From positions 73,807 through 137,806 of the forward strand of contig JAFVTW010000003.1 in the NCBI GenBank assembly GCA_017503005.1: a stretch of DNA of 64,000 nucleotides, in the 5' to 3' direction. The position numbers and the translations under genes are program-made. Under the pieces are notes generated by a model that saw only the letters and a list, made by a program, of their open reading frames with translations, was not told the DNA's origin and searched no databases. Within the stretch, counting starts at the first letter, position 1. Every line of letters starts with the position of its first letter. Shown in pieces: positions 57,248-64,000 of this stretch. The stretch is from Clostridia bacterium. GTDB lineage: Bacteria; Bacillota; Clostridia; Christensenellales; UBA1242.

Positions 57248-57670
57248 ATGGAAAAAATGTTTGCAAATTTAAAAAACTTAACAAAAACAGAGGCTAAATG
57301 CTTAAATCCTCAAGTGCTTGCTTTTGTAGGCGATAGTGTGTATACACTATTTGTTCGTACAATGCTAGCTGAAAAATTTGATGTAAAGAGTGGGAAATTG
57401 CACACTTTGGCTAATGAGTATGTCAAAGCAGGTGGTCAAAGCGATGCTCTAGAGAGAGTGATTAGTGTGCTTACAGATGCGGAAATGGGTATATACAAAA
57501 GAGCAAGAAATTACAAAACTCATTCTGTGGCAAAAAATGCCGATGTGGTTGACTACAAAAGGGCTACGGGTTTTGAGGCTGTAGTAGGATATTTGTATCT
57601 TATAGGAGATTATGCTCGATTAAATGAGCTTTTGAAACTATGTGTAGAAGGAGAAAATAATGAAGGTTGA
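57248..57670 (+). CDS. mrnC: Mini-ribonuclease III
   Basis: LAFVGDSVYTLFVR and EAVVGYLYL. Position upstream of rlmB and sigH, as in Bacillus. Confidence 0.85.
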   Translation: MEKMFANLKNLTKTEAKCLNPQVLAFVGDSVYTLFVRTMLAEKFDVKSGKLHTLANEYVKAGGQSDALERVISVLTDAEMGIYKRARNYKTHSVAKNADVVDYKRATGFEAVVGYLYLIGDYARLNELLKLCVEGENNEG

Positions 57671-58385
57671 AGGTAGAAATGCTGTAAGAGAACTAATTTT
57701 GAATGGTGCAACTATCGACAAAATTTTGATTCAAAACAATCTAAAAGATAGTGTAATTACAGAAATTGTTAATTTAGCCAAAAGTAAAAAAATTCGTTTT
57801 CAATTTGTGCAACAAAATGTACTAAATGCAGAAACAGCAACTAAACATCATCAAGGTGTAATTGCTTATACTAGCGAATTTAAGTATTCTTCTACAGAAG
57901 AGATTTTGGAAATTGCAAAGCAAAAAAATGAAGACCCATTTATTCTTATACTAGATGGTATAGAAGATCCGCACAATTTGGGCAGCATACTAAGGGTGTG
58001 TGAATGTATGGGTGTACATGGTGTGATTATAGAGAGAGTTAGAGCTTGTCAAGTAAACGAAACTGTAATCAAAACCAGTGTAGGTGCTACCAGCTATGTA
58101 AAAGTGGCTAGAGTGGCTAATATAAATAACGAGATTGAGAAGTTAAAAAAGAAAAATATATGGGTTTATGCTTGTGAATTAGGTGGAGATGACCTAACCA
58201 AGACAAACCTTACTGGTGGTGTAGCTATTGTGATAGGTAGCGAAGGTCGTGGTACAGGCAAACTTACACTAAAAAACTGCGACGGCACTGTTACCATACC
58301 ACAATATGGCAAGATTAATTCGCTAAATGCTAGTGTTGCTACAGGTATTATATTGTACGAAGTAGTGAGACAAAGAAAAATTTAA
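57660..58385 (+). CDS. rlmB: 23S rRNA (guanosine-2'-O)-methyltransferase, SpoU/TrmH family
   Basis: LDGIEDPHNLGSILR, VIGSEGRG, SLNASVATGIILYE. Confidence 0.85.
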   Translation: MKVEGRNAVRELILNGATIDKILIQNNLKDSVITEIVNLAKSKKIRFQFVQQNVLNAETATKHHQGVIAYTSEFKYSSTEEILEIAKQKNEDPFILILDGIEDPHNLGSILRVCECMGVHGVIIERVRACQVNETVIKTSVGATSYVKVARVANINNEIEKLKKKNIWVYACELGGDDLTKTNLTGGVAIVIGSEGRGTGKLTLKNCDGTVTIPQYGKINSLNASVATGIILYEVVRQRKI

Positions 58386-58395
58386 AGGAACACAA

Positions 58396-58998
58396 ATGGA
58401 TAAATTGCTTGAAGACAATTTAATAAGGCAAGCCAAGAATGGTGATGAGCAAGCTCAAGAAACTATATTAAATAGTTACAAGCAATTAGTAAACCATGTA
58501 ACTAGACATTATTTTTTGGTGGGTGGCGACCAGGAAGACCTTGTACAAGAAGGTATGATTGCATTATATAAAGCAATAAATTCTTACAATGAGGATATGA
58601 ATGTGACTTTTGGTGCTTATGCCAAAACCTTGATAGAACATCATATAATTAATATTATTAAAAGTGATAATGCACAAAAACACTCTATGCTTAATCAATC
58701 GTTTACTCTAAACAATCAAGGGTTTGTATCTTTTGATGAAGACGATGGGGTGTCTACATTTATGCCGTCAAACAAAGAAACTCCAGAGAAGATGGTTTTG
58801 TCTAGCGAGGGAACTAAAAATATCGCCAAAGAAATCAAAAAAGTTTTGAGTGAGTATGAGCTAAAAGTTTTGAAACTTTATCTAAAGGGTTTAAACTATA
58901 ATGACATCGCAGATGTTATAGATGCTACTCCTAAAAGTGTAGATAATGCACTAAATAGGATAAAAAACAAATTACAATTTTTAAAGGATAGGGACTAA
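58396..58998 (+). CDS. sigH: Sigma-70 family sigma factor, SigH-like
   Basis: Region 2 DLVQEGMIALYKAI; region 4 YNDIADVIDATPKSVDNALNRIKNKL; synteny. Confidence 0.75.
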   Translation: MDKLLEDNLIRQAKNGDEQAQETILNSYKQLVNHVTRHYFLVGGDQEDLVQEGMIALYKAINSYNEDMNVTFGAYAKTLIEHHIINIIKSDNAQKHSMLNQSFTLNNQGFVSFDEDDGVSTFMPSNKETPEKMVLSSEGTKNIAKEIKKVLSEYELKVLKLYLKGLNYNDIADVIDATPKSVDNALNRIKNKLQFLKDRD

Positions 58999-59001
58999 AG
59001 T

Positions 59002-60513
59002 ATGTATTTAGCATTGTATCGTAAATATAGACCTTCAACTTTTCAAGGTGTAATAGGTCAAGAACATATTACTACTAGCTTAAAAAATCAAATAAAAAAT
59101 GATGCTATTTCTCATGCTTATTTGTTTTGTGGTACTAGAGGTACTGGGAAAACTAGTGTGGCTAAGATTTTTGCTAAAAGTATCAACTGTGAAAATCCTG
59201 TAGATGGTAGCCCATGTGGTAAGTGTCCTACCTGCATAGCTCTAAACGATGCTAGCAACCTAGATATTATGGAAATTGATGCTGCTAGTAACAACCGTGT
59301 AGATGAGATTAGAGAACTTAGAGAAAAGGTAAAATATCCACCTGTAAATGGTAAGTATAAGGTGTACATTATAGATGAGGTGCATATGCTGACAGACTCT
59401 GCATTCAATGCACTACTAAAAACTTTGGAAGAACCACCAAAACATGTGGTGTTTGTATTAGCAACTACCGAAGTTCAAAAATTACCAGCTACTATACTTA
59501 GCCGTTGTTTGAGATTTGATTTTAAACTAGTGGGTATAGAAGAACTAGAAAATCATGTAAAAAGTATATTTACTCAAGAGAAGATTGCTTTTGAAGATAG
59601 TGCTGTAAGTTTGATTGCAAGATTAGGCGAAGGCAGTGTAAGAGATACTTTGTCTATAGCAGATATGTGTGTGGCATATACAAATCGTAATGTAACATAC
59701 GATGCTGTACTAAATGCTGTGGGTTCTATAGATAAGACTGTGCTTAACAATCTAGCTAGTCATATTTTGACTGGTGATGTACATAATCTACTTAATGAAT
59801 TAAGTGTGGTTATAGAAAAAGGTAAAAACATAGCTCAAATAGCTAAAGATTTGGCTAATTATTTTAGAGATTTGGCTGTAGTTAAAACTTGCGAAAATTT
59901 CAATGCTATATTAAAGTATCCTGATAGTTTTATAAAAGAGTTAGAAAAAGTAGCTAATTCTACAACTACCGATACAATATTGAAAGCTTTGAAAACATAT
60001 TCTGCACTAGATGACGAATTTAGACTAACTACAAACCCTAGAATTGTTTTGGAAGTTGCTAGTCTAAATCTGTGTGACGAAATCAAAAATTATGTAGGAC
60101 TAGAGAAAAGAGTGGAAGCTCTAGAGAACAAGAAACCACAAGTAATGCAAGTAAGTGCTGCTACTCAGCCAGAAATCGTTTTGGCAAACCCTACCATTCA
60201 AGATGACGAAAAAACACTGTTTGGTAAATTGCTAGTATCGCTAAGAGCTAGAAACGAAGTTATGTTGATTTCTCTGTTGGGTGAAAATACAGATTTTAGA
60301 CTAGATGGCAATACACTTACATTGCTTAGTCATAGCGAACAAGAGTTTGCTGTACTAAATAAAGCTACAAATATATCTGCACTAAACGATGCCGTTAAGG
60401 AAATTAATGCTAATGTCAGTGTCAAAGTAGAATACAAAAAAATTGTTAAAGAATTAACCACCGAAGAGCTTCTAAGACAGAAGTTGGGTGATGATTTAAA
60501 TATAAAAGAATAA
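59002..60513 (+). CDS. dnaX: DNA polymerase III subunit gamma/tau
   Basis: GTRGTGKTS, zinc module CGKCPTC, YIIDEVHML, SRC motif (LSRCLRF). Confidence 0.9.
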   Translation: MYLALYRKYRPSTFQGVIGQEHITTSLKNQIKNDAISHAYLFCGTRGTGKTSVAKIFAKSINCENPVDGSPCGKCPTCIALNDASNLDIMEIDAASNNRVDEIRELREKVKYPPVNGKYKVYIIDEVHMLTDSAFNALLKTLEEPPKHVVFVLATTEVQKLPATILSRCLRFDFKLVGIEELENHVKSIFTQEKIAFEDSAVSLIARLGEGSVRDTLSIADMCVAYTNRNVTYDAVLNAVGSIDKTVLNNLASHILTGDVHNLLNELSVVIEKGKNIAQIAKDLANYFRDLAVVKTCENFNAILKYPDSFIKELEKVANSTTTDTILKALKTYSALDDEFRLTTNPRIVLEVASLNLCDEIKNYVGLEKRVEALENKKPQVMQVSAATQPEIVLANPTIQDDEKTLFGKLLVSLRARNEVMLISLLGENTDFRLDGNTLTLLSHSEQEFAVLNKATNISALNDAVKEINANVSVKVEYKKIVKELTTEELLRQKLGDDLNIKE

Positions 60514-60527
60514 AGGAGAGTATATAT

Positions 60528-60863
60528 ATGTATAAAGGATTTGGTGGAATGGGTGGAGGCAATATGCAAAACCTAATGAGACAAGCTCAAAAAATGCAAG
60601 AGGAAATGCTTAAACAACAACAAGAAGCAGAAGAAAAATTAGCTAACACTGTGCTTACAGCATCTAGTGGCGGTGGTATGGTTACAGTAGAAATTACTGG
60701 TGCAAAAAAGATTACTGCAGTAAAAATTAATCCTGCAGCTGTAGATCCAGACGATGTAGAAATGCTAGAAGATATGGTGCTAGCATGTGTAAACGAAGCT
60801 ATCGCTAAAGCTGATGAATTAGAAAAGGAACTTAAGCCAAACCTACTTGGTGGTATGATGTAG
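60528..60863 (+). CDS. ybaB: YbaB/EbfC nucleoid-associated protein
   Basis: NMQNLMRQAQKMQEEM...GGGMVTVEITG. dnaX-ybaB-recR synteny. Confidence 0.9.
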   Translation: MYKGFGGMGGGNMQNLMRQAQKMQEEMLKQQQEAEEKLANTVLTASSGGGMVTVEITGAKKITAVKINPAAVDPDDVEMLEDMVLACVNEAIAKADELEKELKPNLLGGMM

Positions 60864-60864
60864 T

Positions 60865-61458
60865 ATGAAAGACAATATTGAAAGTATGCAAAAACTTATA
60901 AATGCTTTCACATATTTGCCAGGAGTGGGTAGAAAGACTGCAGAAAGATATGCTTACTCTATCATCAACCTTTCACAAGAAGATGTAGACTTTTTTGCTG
61001 ATAGTCTAAGGGAAGTTAAGCAAAAGATAAAGTTTTGTAGTATATGTGGTAATTTTACAGACGAAGATGTTTGTGAAATCTGCAAGAGTAGAAAAAGCGA
61101 TACTATTTGTGTAGTAAAAGAGCCAAAAGATGTAGTTGCTATAGAGAAAGCAAAACACTATAGTGGACTATATCATGTATTGCATGGTACCATCAATCCG
61201 TTGGAAGGCAAAGGACCAAACGATATCAAAATCAAAGAACTTGTAACTAGAGTTTCTGGTGGAAGTGTGAAAGAAATAATTATAGCTACAAACCCAGATG
61301 TGGAAGGTGAAGTTACTGCTAGCTACATAGCACAACTACTTAAACCACTAGGTGTTAAAGTATCTAGAATAGCTCAAGGTATTAGTATGGGTAGTTCGTT
61401 GCAATATGCAGACGAAGTTACTTTGTCTAAGGCTATTGCTGATAGAAAAGAAATGTAA
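60865..61458 (+). CDS. recR: Recombination protein RecR
   Basis: LPGVGRKTAER helix-hairpin-helix, C4 zinc finger CSICGN...CEIC, Toprim region. Confidence 0.9.
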   Translation: MKDNIESMQKLINAFTYLPGVGRKTAERYAYSIINLSQEDVDFFADSLREVKQKIKFCSICGNFTDEDVCEICKSRKSDTICVVKEPKDVVAIEKAKHYSGLYHVLHGTINPLEGKGPNDIKIKELVTRVSGGSVKEIIIATNPDVEGEVTASYIAQLLKPLGVKVSRIAQGISMGSSLQYADEVTLSKAIADRKEM

Positions 61459-61613
61459 ATATATAAATAGTATTTTGTAAATAATAAAAGGATAGAAGGA
61501 TACGACTTCTGTCTTTTTTATATAATCGGTAAAATTAGAGAGTTTTATTCTTGTTTATTTGTAAACGGGAGATGTATTGTTGTGATATAATACTATAGAC
61601 AAGGAGATATATT

Positions 61614-62234
61614 ATGGATTACAACAAAATAGGTAATTTAATAATGGCCGAGCGAAAAGCTAAGAAACTAACTCAAGCAAAATTAGCTGAGCAGTTGTTT
61701 GTTAGTGAAAAAACTATTTCAAAGTGGGAAAATGGAAATGGATTACCAGACACAAATCTGCTTCCTAAATTGTGTGAAATACTAGATATTAGCTTGAATG
61801 AATTATTGTGTGGCGAGAGAAATACAGGTGAAAGCGATAGTGATAACAAACAACAACTTTTGTTGAATATGGCCAAAGAACTTGAGGACAAGAACAAATT
61901 GATTTGGAAATGTATGTGGATTATTATGGCTGTAAGTGTTATATCGTTGCTTGGTGGGCTTTACTTGATTTCAGTTTTTGTAACAGAAGGGGTATGGCAA
62001 CTGGTGATGATATTAGTATTGGGTGTTGTATTTCTTGTTCCTTGCTTCTTTGCATTAAAACTTGAAGTTAGTGTAGGTGCTTATAGATGTAAGAAGTGTG
62101 GTAGTGAAATTGTGCCAACATATACACAAGCTCTAAATGCAATGCATATGGGAACTACTCGCTATTTAAAATGTCCACATTGTAATAAGCGAACTTGGTG
62201 TAAAAAAGTTTTGTACAAAGATGATGAAAAGTAA
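61614..62234 (+). CDS. XRE-family HTH protein with two TM segments and C-terminal zinc ribbon
   Basis: LTQAKLAEQLFVSEKTISKWENG; hydrophobic core; CKKCGS...CPHCNK. Confidence 0.7.
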   Translation: MDYNKIGNLIMAERKAKKLTQAKLAEQLFVSEKTISKWENGNGLPDTNLLPKLCEILDISLNELLCGERNTGESDSDNKQQLLLNMAKELEDKNKLIWKCMWIIMAVSVISLLGGLYLISVFVTEGVWQLVMILVLGVVFLVPCFFALKLEVSVGAYRCKKCGSEIVPTYTQALNAMHMGTTRYLKCPHCNKRTWCKKVLYKDDEK

Positions 62235-62258
62235 TAGTGTGCATAATTAATCTTATAG

Positions 62259-62300
62259 AAAAAACAATCTAAGATATAAAATTCTTAGATTGTTTTTTTT
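62259..62300. terminator. Bidirectional terminator between convergent genes
   Basis: Hairpin acaatctaag/cttagattgt flanked by A6 and T8 runs. Confidence 0.8.
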
Positions 62301-62354
62301 GTTGCAAATATTGTTTGTTTTTGTGTTTGTTGAACATTATGTGTGTAGTTATTG

Positions 62355-63545
62355 TCAAATAAGCATAAGTAGCAGTCCTATACCTACACCTAAGAATGTT
62401 CCTATAGCATATCCTAGCGATCCACAAATTAGACCTACAGCAGTTAGCTCTTCGCAGTCTAATTGTTTGGTAACTGCTGGTACAAAGGCAGGACCATATA
62501 TTCCTGCAGTCGTTGTAACTATGGCACAGTCTACATCTATTTTAAATATCTTACACAAGATTATGTGTATTAAGAATGTTCCAACTGTGATTACAAAGAA
62601 TAGTAAGAAGATATATAGTGAATTGATTGAGGCATTGTTGAAGTTTATAGACATAGCTAGTGCTACAGAGAATATAAGTATTAGGTAGTGTCCTACTAGA
62701 CTATTTCCTTTGGTTTCTCTTAAGTTTTTTGAACAAGAGCAAACTAGTCCTAGTACTGTAGCTGTAATCATAACTGCAGGTATTAAGTAGCTAGTCATCA
62801 TACCATCTTTGGCACCAGTTAGTACCCAGATTAAAATTCCTATACCTAGACCTAATACTGCTATACCAAATGCAATTAGCACATTTATGCTTAATCTTTT
62901 TTTGTCTATTCCTTCACCGTCTAGCGAATCCATATTTGATACAGTTACTTCTGCAGTGTAGTAGGTTGACTTTGGTGCAGTAAGAAATTTTTTAAGAAGG
63001 GGTTTGCTAGCTAATAGTAGAAACATATAGAATACTCCACCTATTAACATATCTGCTAGATTTGAGTAAGATATGGTTGCTGCATCTACACCTAGTATGC
63101 TACCTATAGCATTTAGGTTAGGTGTGCCACCAGTATATAGTCCAACAGCCATACCTGCTAGTTTACTACTAATGTCTAGTTTGCCACTAAGTACTATGCC
63201 AGTAATTACAGATACTACAATTACTGATGCTGTAAGTAATGCAAATGAGCCTATGGATTTTTTCGATAAAGCTTTTATAGATTTTAGGTTGGTAGAGAAT
63301 AGTAGTAGTGGAATGGCAACGGCTATTGCTATATGGCTACCGTATTCTGATATATCTGCATTGAAGCTTAGGTTGATACCTAGTTTGTTTAACAAAAACA
63401 TAATGAGTGCTAGTAGTATACCTATAAGGTATGCCCAACCTATAGTGCCTAAGAAAGATATTGCTTTTTTGTTTCTAAACTTCATTAGAAGTAAGGGTAT
63501 AAATATTATAAGAAGTACTTGTATTATTGCTATAGCTACACTCAT
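62355..63545 (-). CDS. DUF819-like polytopic membrane protein
   Basis: About 12 TM segments. Start MSVAIAII avoids overlap with the upstream gene (the track start at 63596 would overlap by 47 nt). Confidence 0.6.
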   Translation of the reverse strand: MSVAIAIIQVLLIIFIPLLLMKFRNKKAISFLGTIGWAYLIGILLALIMFLLNKLGINLSFNADISEYGSHIAIAVAIPLLLFSTNLKSIKALSKKSIGSFALLTASVIVVSVITGIVLSGKLDISSKLAGMAVGLYTGGTPNLNAIGSILGVDAATISYSNLADMLIGGVFYMFLLLASKPLLKKFLTAPKSTYYTAEVTVSNMDSLDGEGIDKKRLSINVLIAFGIAVLGLGIGILIWVLTGAKDGMMTSYLIPAVMITATVLGLVCSCSKNLRETKGNSLVGHYLILIFSVALAMSINFNNASINSLYIFLLFFVITVGTFLIHIILCKIFKIDVDCAIVTTTAGIYGPAFVPAVTKQLDCEELTAVGLICGSLGYAIGTFLGVGIGLLLMLI

Positions 63546-63549
63546 ATTG

Positions 63550-64000
63550 TTATATTTCCTTTCCGTATATTCTGTATATTTTGCTAATCTCTCCACCCAT
63601 GTTTACAAGTGGTAACCAGCTAGCTTTGTTTTCTTCTAAAATAGTACCACCTTCAAAGTATGTAATACCTAGTTTCTTTAAACTTTTTTGTCCTTCGTAG
63701 AATAAGTGTGCAAATACACCCTTGGTTTGATATTTAGGTATAACATATTGTAGCATTCCTCTAGCTTGGGTAATTTTCTTTTTTAATTTGAAGAATGTGA
63801 AAATATTTAGTTTGCCTTTTGTTTTTTTGAAAATTTGATTTATATCTAGTAGTGTTAGGCAAAACCCTACAGGTTCGTTTGTTTCTATCTCACGAGCAAT
63901 TTTTATAAGGCTGGGCTCTATAAAAAAGCTAAAACTTTTAAGGAAGCCTTTTATTGTGTCTATACTAGGAGCTTCTTGATAATTTATTTCGGTAGTAGCT
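63550..64000 (-). CDS. GNAT-like acyltransferase, 5' end beyond window
   Basis: Minus-strand frame is open from 64000 to the stop at 63550. YVIPKYQTKGVFAHLF resembles GNAT motif A. Confidence 0.5.
   Translation of the reverse strand, partial: ATTEINYQEAPSIDTIKGFLKSFSFFIEPSLIKIAREIETNEPVGFCLTLLDINQIFKKTKGKLNIFTFFKLKKKITQARGMLQYVIPKYQTKGVFAHLFYEGQKSLKKLGITYFEGGTILEENKASWLPLVNMGGEISKIYRIYGKEI

Noticed and set aside
59002-60513. Programmed -1 frameshift site in dnaX (gamma/tau)
   Set aside because: I found no A-AAA-AAG-type slippery heptamer followed by a hairpin. Only a GAAAAAAC run near 60205 is present, without supporting structure.
1-64000. Many 60-150-aa ORFs in the track lie antisense to, or out of frame within, longer ORFs. 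Examples: 499-738, 1063-1318, 3124-3433, 12588-13405, 14284-15176, 16796-17191, 28060-28581, 31859-32221, 47193-47789, 62290-62688, 63073-63615.
   Set aside because: They are fully embedded in longer, motif-supported genes on the other strand or frame. They lack an RBS and have low-complexity, hydrophobic, AT-driven compositions typical of shadow ORFs.
1-64000. Search for CRISPR arrays, IS elements, integrases, reverse transcriptases and rRNA
   Set aside because: I saw no regularly spaced direct repeats, no transposase, recombinase or RT motifs in any long ORF, and no rRNA-like conserved blocks.

Overview
AT-rich bacterial chromosome segment with Bacillota/Mycoplasmatota-like gene order (mrnC-rlmB-sigH, dnaX-ybaB-recR). 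It uses the standard code: TAA/TAG dominate, but TGA is a real stop at 51548-51550, 57668-57670 and 24486-24488. I count about 60 CDS and 2 tRNAs. I found no rRNA, CRISPR array, transposase or integrase. Core content: SPFH protein, DUF2779, BNR-repeat protein, kdgK, ZIP transporter, large repeat lipoprotein, TIGR01212 radical SAM, YwaF-like protein, GLUG lipoprotein plus fused ABC transporter, P-type ATPase, GNATs, rfbB, S51 peptidase, tspO and rubrerythrin. Four things stand out. (1) A ~14 kb integrase-less island sits in tRNA-Thr(GGU), bounded by 148-bp imperfect direct repeats (21916-22063 and 36000-36147). All its genes are on the minus strand: operon A (helicase IV-like nuclease-helicase, STAND-like NTPase, Ser/Thr kinase), operon B (GIY-YIG/DUF2075 ATPase, radical-SAM::DprA-like fusion, MazG-like pyrophosphatase, 67-aa protein) and a SEC-C-motif singleton. 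Operon B is my best candidate for an undescribed defence or nucleotide/DNA-modification system. (2) A second ~3.6 kb accessory block (36148-39770) holds an ADP-ribosylglycohydrolase three-gene cassette and decayed gene fragments. (3) A five-gene plus-strand operon (12508-18717) starts with an RF1-like paralogue that keeps the GGQ catalytic centre but lacks the PxT/SPF codon-recognition loop. It continues with a UvrD-like ATPase, a coiled-coil protein and a GLUG-repeat membrane protein. (4) A ~430-nt promoter-to-terminator leader lies upstream of tspO. Domain calls come from motif recognition by eye; no database search was run.
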